Source: Clostridia bacterium
Lineage (GTDB): Bacteria > Bacillota > Clostridia > Oscillospirales > CAG-272
Direction of reading: 5' to 3'
Length of the DNA stretch: 38,426 nt
NCBI GenBank assembly: GCA_017624395.1
Contig: JAGANE010000067.1
Location: 1-38,426, forward strand
The notes under the pieces were generated by a model. That model saw nothing but the letters and a program-made list of their open reading frames with translations, did not search any database and was not told the origin of the DNA. Shown piece after piece: positions 8,491 through 16,435 of this stretch. Each line of letters begins with the position of its first letter. Within the stretch, counting starts at the first letter, position 1. The translations under genes were made by a program, and so were the position numbers.

Positions 8491-9529
8491 TCAATCAATT
8501 TTTTTGACGGTATGCGCCGCGGCACGGATCAAACGGTTGTAAAGCGCAAGCCCCAAGCCTTGAAGCGGCGGCAGATGTGCGTAAATGATCTCGGCGTCGG
8601 TGCCGTCTGCCTGACGCAGTGCCGAAAACAGTCGTTTTGCCTGCGTTTCCAGATCGTCACGTGCGCCTACGGGTAACAGATTTTCGTTTTTGAGTTGGGA
8701 AAGCTCCTCGTCATAGCAGAGGATCGCACATCGGTGCGCGTTCTGCTCTGCCTGTAAAAAGCGCAATACCTTGTTTGCTTCTCCGTCAAGAAGCACGACG
8801 GGAGCGGTGGGGGGCGTAGTGTCGGTATTTCATTCCGGGAGAAAGCGGACGCTCACCCTCTGCAAGCTGATGCGTTACGGCATCGGCAACGGTGACGTGA
8901 TCACACACCATGCAAAGCGCATCGTAGGTGATGCCGCCGGGGCGCAGGAGCGTCAATCTGTCGCCGTCCAGCTTGACGATGGTCGATTCCAGACCGATCT
9001 CGGATGCTCCGCCGTCAAGGATCATGTCCACACGACCGTCCATATCCTCTGCCACGTGTGCGGCGGAGGTAGGGGATGGCTTTCCCGAAAGATTTGCCGA
9101 GGGGGCGGCAATCGGAATGCCCGCAAGCTCGATCAATCTGTGTGCCACGGGGTGTGCGGGACAGCGCACTGCAACCGTATCAAGACCGCCCGTGACCGAC
9201 GTGGGGATATTCTCTCGCTTGGGGAGAATGACCGTCAATGGCCCCGGCATAAATGCTTTGGCAAGTCGGCGGTAGGTATCGTTGGGGATCGCATATTTTT
9301 CGGCATCCTCGGGGACTGCAATATGTATGATGAGCGGGTTGTCGGAGGGACGTCCCTTGGCGGCGTAGATCTTTTTTGCCGCATCGGCATTCAAGCCGTT
9401 TCCGCCCAAGCCGTAAACCGTTTCGGTGGGAAAGACGACCAATCCACCGTTTCGGAGGATCTCGGCGGCGCGGGAAAGGTCGTTTTCCTGCAAGGAAAGA
9501 TCTTTGATTGTGATATGCTCGGTTTGCAA
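8491..9529 (-). pseudogene. sua5: Threonylcarbamoyl-AMP synthase Sua5 (TsaC2), split by an apparent 1-nt insertion in a G6 run at 8809-8814
   Basis: FPTETVYGLG, KGRPSDNPLI, AAPSANLSG, PGMKYRHYAP; removing one base gives HYAPTAPVVLLDG... continuing into the SUA5 C-terminal domain (ALYNRLIRAA); TTG start after GGAGG. Confidence 0.85.
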
Positions 9530-9587
9530 AAAAACACCTCCCATTTCGGCTTTGAATCGGTAGACGGGAGCATCGCTCCCCCAATTT

Positions 9588-10652
9588 TTATTGTTGCTTC
9601 AGCTTTTCTGCCGTTTCGGCGGTTGCGAGCGCATCGATCATCGCGCCAATGTCACCGTTGAGAAAGGTGTCAAGCGTGTAAAGCGTGAGTCCGATGCGGT
9701 GATCCGACACGCGGTTTTCACGATAATTATAGGTGCGGATGCGCTCACTGCGGTCTCCCGTTCCCACCTGCTGACGGCGGTCGGAGGCAATGGCGTCATT
9801 CTGCTCTCGGCAGGCTTGATCGTAAAGAATGGTGCGGAGCATTTTGAGTGCTTTGTCCTTGTTTTTGAATTGACTGCGCTCCTCCTGGCATTCCACCACA
9901 ATGCCCGTGGGCTTGTGCGTCAGTCTTACGGCGGATTCGGTCTTGTTGATGTGCTGACCGCCCGCACCGCTGGATTTGCAGGATTCAAAGATCAGATCTG
10001 CGGGATTGATCTCTACCGATACCTCGTCAGCCTCGGGCAATACCGCTACCGTGGCGGTAGAGGTTTGAATACGCCCCTGCGATTCGGTTTCGGGAACGCG
10101 CTGTACGCGATGGACGCCGCTTTCAAACTTGAAGCGCGAATAGGCACCCTCACCCTCGATCTGAAAGGCGAGCTGACGGTAGCCGCCAAGCTCGGTCGGG
10201 TTTTCATTGAGCAGGGAGCAGCGATAGCCCTGTGTGGCGGCATACATGGTGTACATGCGGTACAGCACCGCCGCAAACAAGGCTGCCTCCTCACCTCCCG
10301 CTCCCGCACGAATTTCAACGATCACGTTTTTTTCGTCGTTGGGATCTCGGGGGAGCAAAAGGATCGTCAATTCCTGCAGCAAAGCCTCGGAGCGTTCCTT
10401 GGCAGTCTTTAATTCGTCGCTTGCAAGCTGACGCAATTCGGGATCGCTTTCCGGCTCCAAAAGCTCACGGATCTCCGCCGCTTCCTGCTCGGTTTTGCGA
10501 TAGTCGCGATATTTTTCGATCACGGGCGTCAGCGCGCGGTATTCCTTCATCACCGCAACAAAGCGTGCGGGATCGGACGCTACGGCAGGATCTGCGAGTG
10601 ACGCTTCCAGATGTTGATATTTGGCTTCTGCTTCTTTTAGCTTTTGTAGCAC
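9588..10652 (-). CDS. prfA: Peptide chain release factor 1
   Basis: GAGGEEAALF, ESGVHRVQRVPET (PxT), GAGGQH, DRSERIRTYN. Confidence 0.97.
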   Translation of the reverse strand: MLQKLKEAEAKYQHLEASLADPAVASDPARFVAVMKEYRALTPVIEKYRDYRKTEQEAAEIRELLEPESDPELRQLASDELKTAKERSEALLQELTILLLPRDPNDEKNVIVEIRAGAGGEEAALFAAVLYRMYTMYAATQGYRCSLLNENPTELGGYRQLAFQIEGEGAYSRFKFESGVHRVQRVPETESQGRIQTSTATVAVLPEADEVSVEINPADLIFESCKSSGAGGQHINKTESAVRLTHKPTGIVVECQEERSQFKNKDKALKMLRTILYDQACREQNDAIASDRRQQVGTGDRSERIRTYNYRENRVSDHRIGLTLYTLDTFLNGDIGAMIDALATAETAEKLKQQ

Positions 10653-10699
10653 GGCTGACGCTCCTTTCTAAAACGGTGGGGTAGGATCAGATAAAAGAA

Positions 10700-12079
10700 T
10701 TATGCAAAGCGGTAGAATGCGTAGAATGCGCGGTATGCCTCATAAAGGTCAACCTTGGAAATCAGCTCGTAGGGAGCGTGCATCGAAAGCACGCCAACGC
10801 CGATGTCAATGGTATCAATGTTGTGGTTTGCCATATATTTTGCAACGGTTCCTCCGCCGCCAACGTCAACCTTACCAAGCTCGCAGGTCTGCCATACCAC
10901 GCCTGCCTCGTTCAGGCATCTGCGTACCCAAGCCACAAGCTCTGCGGAGGCATCGGAGGTGCCGCTCTTTCCGCGCGCACCCGTGAATTTGCACATGCTG
11001 ACGCCGCAACCGATGAGAGATGCGTTGCGATATTCGTAAACGTCTGCAAAGTTGGGGTCATAGGTTGCGGTCACGTCGCTGGAAAGGCACTTGGAGTTGG
11101 CTCTTACAGCTGCCTCATTACCGCCGAGCGCCTTTGCAATCTCTGTGATGACGTCGGTGATCAGGCTGCTTTGCATACCCGTAACACCGTCGCTTCCCGT
11201 TTCTTCCTTGTCCACCAAAATACACATGGTGGTGTGCGTGACCTCATCGGCATCGATCATAGCGGTGATCGAGGGATAAGCGCAAACACGGTCGTCGTGA
11301 CCGTAGCCGCAGATCATCGAACGGTCAAAGCCAACGTCGCGTGCCTTGGCGGCGGGAACGATCGAAAGCTCCGCAGAGAGGAAATCCTCCTCGGTGATGC
11401 CGTAGGTCTCGTTGAGGTATTGCAGAACACCTGCCTTGACCGAGTCCTTTTCCTCACCGTCAAGGGGACGGCTGCCAACAAGAATATTCAGCTTTTCTGC
11501 AGGGAACGCCTTTGCAACGGTCTTTTCATTTTCGGCTGCTGCCAGATGGGGCAACAGATCGGTGATATACATGACGGGATCGGTGTCGTTTTCACCGATG
11601 ACAACGTTGACCACCTCACCGCTCTGCTTGACCACAACACCGTGGAGAGCGAGAGGCATTGCAAGCCACTGATACTTGCGGATACCGCCATAGTAGTGGG
11701 TTTTGAGGTAGCACATGCCGCTTTCCTCGTAAACGGGAACCTGCTTCAGGTCAAGTCGGGGAGAGTCGATGTGTGCGGCAGTGATGCGGATGCCGTTGTT
11801 GATATCCTCGGTGCCGATGCGGAACAGATAGATGTTTTTGCCGCGATTGTTAAAATAAAATTTGTCGCCTGCCTTCATGGGCATGCCAAAGCTATAGGGG
11901 CGGTAGCCTGCCGCCTCAGCCATCTTCACACTTTCATTGACCGCTTCGCGCTCTGTTTTGGCGGCGTCAAGGAATTTGACATAATCCTTGGCGTATTCGT
12001 AAGCCTTGGCAACGATCTCCTCGCCTGCCTTTTCATAAACGGTCTTTTTTTCATAGGTCAGTTGTTTTTTTGCGGACAT
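10700..12079 (-). CDS. M18 family aminopeptidase (aminopeptidase 1)
   Basis: AHIDSPRLDLK, THYYGGIRKYQW, GHDDRVC, DKEE, SMHAPYE; start moved to MSAKK at 12079 after AGGAG. Confidence 0.9.
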   Translation of the reverse strand: MSAKKQLTYEKKTVYEKAGEEIVAKAYEYAKDYVKFLDAAKTEREAVNESVKMAEAAGYRPYSFGMPMKAGDKFYFNNRGKNIYLFRIGTEDINNGIRITAAHIDSPRLDLKQVPVYEESGMCYLKTHYYGGIRKYQWLAMPLALHGVVVKQSGEVVNVVIGENDTDPVMYITDLLPHLAAAENEKTVAKAFPAEKLNILVGSRPLDGEEKDSVKAGVLQYLNETYGITEEDFLSAELSIVPAAKARDVGFDRSMICGYGHDDRVCAYPSITAMIDADEVTHTTMCILVDKEETGSDGVTGMQSSLITDVITEIAKALGGNEAAVRANSKCLSSDVTATYDPNFADVYEYRNASLIGCGVSMCKFTGARGKSGTSDASAELVAWVRRCLNEAGVVWQTCELGKVDVGGGGTVAKYMANHNIDTIDIGVGVLSMHAPYELISKVDLYEAYRAFYAFYRFA

Positions 12080-12096
12080 GATAATACTCCTTTGAT

Positions 12097-12678
12097 TTAT
12101 GATTGATAATATAGTTTCGTATATAATTCTACCGCTTGGGTCATATCCTTGACGTAGGCGGCAACACGCGCATCGGGAATATCCTTTAGCACTCCCTGCG
12201 GCGAAACGTATGCGGGATCGGAAAGCCATGCGTTTACCGTTTCGGTATCCGATGCATAGGCGGCAAACACCTGCTCCCACACGCCGTAGCGCGTGTAAAG
12301 ATAGGAAAGATAGGCACTGCCTGCCTGAAGGTTGGTGTCGGGATCGTACAGCATTCCCGCATCCATCGGCTCCTTGCCCCAAAGCTCGGTGCAGATAAAA
12401 TCAAACTGCGCGGGAGTAAGCTGCATTAAGCCGATTTCCCCACTGTCGGATACGTGGTTGCTTGCAAAATCACTGCCCGTACAAAGCGTTGCCCAAAGAA
12501 TGGCTTCGGGAATGCCATGCTCCTGGGATGCCTGCTTTACACTATCGGCAAGCTCCTTGGGTTGTGGATATTGGCGACGCTCCACAGCGGTGGAGGCGGC
12601 GTCAAACCCAAAGGCAAAGGCGACCGACAAAAGAATGAGTAACAAAAAAATGATGACGTGTCTTGCGTTCAGCTTCAC
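12097..12678 (-). CDS. Membrane-anchored SLT-domain lytic transglycosylase homolog, probably inactive
   Basis: N-terminal TM, IGLMQL motif, DPDTNL..G..YL; catalytic ES replaced by GS and YNAG by YASD; downstream of coaE. Confidence 0.8.
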   Translation of the reverse strand: MKLNARHVIIFLLLILLSVAFAFGFDAASTAVERRQYPQPKELADSVKQASQEHGIPEAILWATLCTGSDFASNHVSDSGEIGLMQLTPAQFDFICTELWGKEPMDAGMLYDPDTNLQAGSAYLSYLYTRYGVWEQVFAAYASDTETVNAWLSDPAYVSPQGVLKDIPDARVAAYVKDMTQAVELYTKLYYQS

Positions 12679-13274
12679 GGCAATACCCCCATTTCAAAAA
12701 GGATCTGCCTTATCTTTGGAAGTAGAGCCTCTGGGGTGTCGTTGTTTTCAATGACGTAATCCGAATTGGCACGGAAAAAGATATCCGGCTTTTGTACCGC
12801 CATGCGTGCCTCAGCCGCGCTCTGATCGATCCCGTCTCGGTGGACAATGCGGTCGATTCGCACCTTGGGATCTGCCAGCACCGATAGAATGACGTTGCAG
12901 TCCTTATCGGCACCCGCTTCAAAAAGCTGTGGGGCGTCGATCACTGTGGCACGGGTATTGTCGCGGCGCAATTGCTCCAAACGGCGGCGGATTTCCGCCA
13001 TAACGTATCGGTGGGCAATCTCGTTCAGTACCGCAAGCTCGTTGGGATCGTAAAAAACGATCTGTCCAAGTGCGCGTCTGTCAAGCTCGCCGTTTTCTGC
13101 AAGGATGCTTGCGCCAAAATGATCCACAAGCTCGTCAAGGCAGGGAGAGGGGGGCAAAAGCAGGTCGTGATAGATCCTATCGGCATCAATGCAAGGAAGT
13201 CCAAATTGCGCAAAAAGCTTGGCAACCTGTCCCTTTCCCGCACCCGTAGGACCCGTCAGTCCGATTACAAGCAT
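12675..13274 (-). CDS. coaE: Dephospho-CoA kinase
   Basis: IGLTGPTGAGKG P-loop, IDAD, LDRRALG, DAPQLFE. Confidence 0.95.
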   Translation of the reverse strand: MLVIGLTGPTGAGKGQVAKLFAQFGLPCIDADRIYHDLLLPPSPCLDELVDHFGASILAENGELDRRALGQIVFYDPNELAVLNEIAHRYVMAEIRRRLEQLRRDNTRATVIDAPQLFEAGADKDCNVILSVLADPKVRIDRIVHRDGIDQSAAEARMAVQKPDIFFRANSDYVIENNDTPEALLPKIRQILFEMGVLP

Positions 13275-14419
13275 GGATCTACCTCCAGCATCAGCCCGTG
13301 CTCGGCATCGGAGCGGTAGGCGGCGTCCATCACCGCCTGCACGTAGGCGCCGTCCTCAATAGAGGGGAGGAAGGGCTTGCCGCAGTTCACTGCCGAAAGA
13401 AATGCGTGCATGCTTGCGAGATGCCCGTAGAGCCAGCCTGCGGGGGCTTTTGGTGAGGGGAAGGTGAGGTCGGGATAGCGCCCCACACATTCGATACGGC
13501 AAAAGCCTCGCTCACCGCCCTGCGGTGCATCGGGAGCCGTACCGTCGTAAAAGTAGAGCCAATTGGGCTCCATCAGGGAAAAGCGCAAAGCACCGCGCTC
13601 ACCGTAGATCTCAAAGGAAAGATCGTCGTTGGTGCCAACCTGCAGCTTTCCTACCGAAAGCGTGCCCTTTGCACCGTCTTCGTTGATCGCCATCATATAA
13701 AACGACTCATCGGCATTGGTTTTCCATGGCGCACCGTCTCTGCCGAGACGATCGGGATAAGCGATCTGTGACATTCCGCTCACGTGTGTGATGTGACCGC
13801 AAAGATGAGAGATCAGATCAATGACGTGAGAGCCGAGATCAAACAGAACACCGCCGCCGCAAATGCTTTTATCCTGCTTCCACCCCGCGGGACGGCGGAG
13901 GTCGGTGGCACTGTTGTGCAGGTAGGAGGCGTGAAAGCTTAATATTTTGCCCAGTCGCCCCTCGTCAACCAGCTGCTTTGCACGCAGGACGGGGGAGAGC
14001 CAACGGTTGTTGAATACCATGCCAAGCACCTGCCCCTTGCACCGTGGGAGTGCGACGATCTCTGCCGCCTGCTTTTGGGAGATGCAAAGCGGCTTTTCGC
14101 ACAGCACGTGCTTGCCTGCCGCAACGGCTTTTTTCAGTGTTTCAAAATGGCAGACGTTGGGGGTGCAGATGTCAATCACGTCAATGCTTGGATCGTTGAT
14201 CAGGTCATCCTCGTTGTCGGTTGCCACCAAAAATCCAAAATCGGCGGCAACGCGCTCTGATTTTTCAAGTGAGGTGGTGCATACGCCGCGGATCCTTGCC
14301 GAAAAGGGGAGCGTTCCGTAAAAAAAGGGGAGATTTTGTACCGCCCACGTGTGTGTTCTTCCCATTGAGCCAAAGCCCAACAAGCCGATATTCCATTCTT
14401 TTTTTTGCTTGTCCGACAT
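13265..14419 (-). CDS. Gfo/Idh/MocA family oxidoreductase
   Basis: GLLGFGSMG, ICTPN..H, HVLCEKP, GGGVLFDLGSH; start moved to ATG 14419 after GAAAGGA. Confidence 0.9.
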   Translation of the reverse strand: MSDKQKKEWNIGLLGFGSMGRTHTWAVQNLPFFYGTLPFSARIRGVCTTSLEKSERVAADFGFLVATDNEDDLINDPSIDVIDICTPNVCHFETLKKAVAAGKHVLCEKPLCISQKQAAEIVALPRCKGQVLGMVFNNRWLSPVLRAKQLVDEGRLGKILSFHASYLHNSATDLRRPAGWKQDKSICGGGVLFDLGSHVIDLISHLCGHITHVSGMSQIAYPDRLGRDGAPWKTNADESFYMMAINEDGAKGTLSVGKLQVGTNDDLSFEIYGERGALRFSLMEPNWLYFYDGTAPDAPQGGERGFCRIECVGRYPDLTFPSPKAPAGWLYGHLASMHAFLSAVNCGKPFLPSIEDGAYVQAVMDAAYRSDAEHGLMLEVDPCL

Positions 14420-14473
14420 GATCTCATTCCTTTCCGTCAGCAATTCGGTGTGTTTGACACACATATACATCTT

Positions 14474-14572
14474 ATTATACATCATTTTTTCCGTTTTTGC
14501 AAGAGGATAAACGCATTTTCACGCATTTTTCGCAAGATTTATATTGCATTTTTTTCAAAAACAGAGTATAAT
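14474..14572. promoter_or_regulatory. Divergent sigmaA promoters (oxidoreductase-coaE operon and murB operon)
   Basis: Minus: TTGCAA-N17-TATAAT (14502-14474); plus: TTGCAT-N17-TATAAT (14544-14572). Confidence 0.7.
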
Positions 14573-14604
14573 AATATCAGCAATGAAATTTTGGGAGGAA
14601 CGCT

Positions 14605-15501
14605 ATGGAGCATTTGCAAAAGGAGCTGGCGCAGGCAGGGGTTAGAACGGAGAAAAATTTTCCTCTTTGCCGTCATTCCACCTTTCGCATCGGTGGCTGC
14701 GCAAGGCTGGCGCTGTTCCCAAAAACACGGGAGGAGCTTTTGTACTGCCTTGCCGCATTGAAGCAAAGTGAGCTTCGCTTTCTTGTGATCGGTAATGCAA
14801 GCAACGTCGTTTTTTCGGACGACGGCTTTGACGGTGCAGTGCTGTTTACCACGGCGTTTCGCTCTCTTGAGCATCGCGGCAACCGATTGCAGGTCGGCGC
14901 GGGTGTCCCCTTGCACGCAGTCGCGTCCTTGGCGGAGAGAGCCTCTCTTGGGGGGGCGGAATTTTTGCATGGAATTCCGGGAACGCTTGGCGGCGCGATC
15001 TTTATGAACGCGGGGGCGTTTGGCGGTTGCATGGCGGATATTTGTGAGTCAAGCGAATATTTTGATATGTGCACGGGCAAGGTTGCGACGTTATACGGCA
15101 GGGAGCAGGAATTTGCCAACCGAACCAGCTTTTATCAAAAGCATCCCAATTGTATCGTCTTGGGAGCGACGCTGGTGCTACGGGAAGGCAATCGTGAGGA
15201 GATCTGCAGGCTGATGCGCGATTATATGGAGCGACGTCGCAGAACGCAGCCTTTGGAGTATCCGAGTGCGGGGAGCGTGTTCAAGCGTCCCGAAGGGTAT
15301 TTTGCGGGCAAGCTGATCGAGGATTGCGGACTGAAGGGAACCCGTGTGGGCGGAGCGGAGGTGTCGGTCAAGCATGCTGGCTTTATCGTCAATCGCGGTG
15401 GAGCCACCGCCAAAGACGTCCGTTGTTTGGTGGCACTGATCCAAGAACGCGTTTTGAAGGAAACGGGCGTGTCCTTGGAATGTGAGATTCGATTTTTGTA
15501 A
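14605..15501 (+). CDS. murB: UDP-N-acetylenolpyruvoylglucosamine reductase
   Basis: TFRIGG, GNASN, GIPGTLGGAIFMNAGAFG, QPLEYPSAGSVFKRP, KHAGFIVN. Confidence 0.96.
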   Translation: MEHLQKELAQAGVRTEKNFPLCRHSTFRIGGCARLALFPKTREELLYCLAALKQSELRFLVIGNASNVVFSDDGFDGAVLFTTAFRSLEHRGNRLQVGAGVPLHAVASLAERASLGGAEFLHGIPGTLGGAIFMNAGAFGGCMADICESSEYFDMCTGKVATLYGREQEFANRTSFYQKHPNCIVLGATLVLREGNREEICRLMRDYMERRRRTQPLEYPSAGSVFKRPEGYFAGKLIEDCGLKGTRVGGAEVSVKHAGFIVNRGGATAKDVRCLVALIQERVLKETGVSLECEIRFL

Positions 15502-15518
15502 GTGAGAGGAGACAAAAG

Positions 15519-16406
15519 ATGTCCTTTGCAGATGACGTGCGTGCCGAGCTGTGCGCGATTCCTATCAAAAAGCCGTGCTGTCGGCGAGCGTTGACGGCTG
15601 GGCTGCTTTCCTGCGTCCGCACCTGCGAGGGTAAGCAGATGACCGTGCGCTACAAGCACGAAGCGGTTGCATCTCTTGCTATGGATTTGCTTGCACGACA
15701 GTATGGAAAGCAACCTGCACTTGCCATCAGCGGTGCATCGGGACACCGTTATTACGATCTGACCTTTTCTTCTCCTGCCTGCTATAAGCAGTATCTCCGC
15801 ATGAGAGAGGCGGGCGCTGACGTGGAGGAGATCGTCGGTTTTTCCTGCGATGCCTGCCGAGGTGCCTTTTTGCGCGGTGCATTTCTTGCCGCAGGCACTG
15901 TCAACGATCCGCACAAGGCGTTTCATCTGGAGCTGTTGCTCCCCGACGGGGTGGATACCGCAGCACTGATCGGTTTTCTTTCGGCAAGTGGGTATCCGCC
16001 GAGAAGCGTCAAGCGCGCGGGCGGCGTGGGGCTTTATTATAAGGACGGTGGATCTGTGGAGGATCTCATCGGTATGGCAGGAGCGCAGCACACGGTGTTT
16101 GAGATCATCAACAGCCGCATTGAAAGAGATATCCGAAATAACGAGAACCGTGCCACCAATTGCGTGGCAAAGAATATCGAAAAGACCATCTCTGCCGCAA
16201 CACGGCAGATGGAGGCGATCAACGCATTGATGGAGGCGGGAAAATTGGATGCACTTCCCGAGGCGTTGCGTGTAACTGCGTTGGTGCGTTATCGCAATCC
16301 CGACGCTACGCTGGACGAGCTGGTGCGTTTGCACGAGCCGCCGATCTCCAAATCGGGACTCAATCACAGACTCAAAAAGCTGTTGGAGGAAGCCGAGGAG
16401 CTTTAA
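15519..16406 (+). CDS. whiA: DNA-binding protein WhiA
   Basis: MSF..VRAEL, FLRGAFLAAG...DP..FHLE, NRATNC..NIEKT, PPISKSGLNHRL. Confidence 0.93.
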   Translation: MSFADDVRAELCAIPIKKPCCRRALTAGLLSCVRTCEGKQMTVRYKHEAVASLAMDLLARQYGKQPALAISGASGHRYYDLTFSSPACYKQYLRMREAGADVEEIVGFSCDACRGAFLRGAFLAAGTVNDPHKAFHLELLLPDGVDTAALIGFLSASGYPPRSVKRAGGVGLYYKDGGSVEDLIGMAGAQHTVFEIINSRIERDIRNNENRATNCVAKNIEKTISAATRQMEAINALMEAGKLDALPEALRVTALVRYRNPDATLDELVRLHEPPISKSGLNHRLKKLLEEAEEL

Positions 16407-16435
16407 GCTGAAGGGGCAAAAAACGGAGAAATGTT

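Noticed and set aside
12080-12382. Long N-terminal extension of the M18 aminopeptidase ORF (likewise extensions at 1022, 14485, 29444, 31555, 32369)
   Set aside because: Upstream in-frame starts overlap neighbouring genes or promoters; better RBS-linked starts lie downstream.
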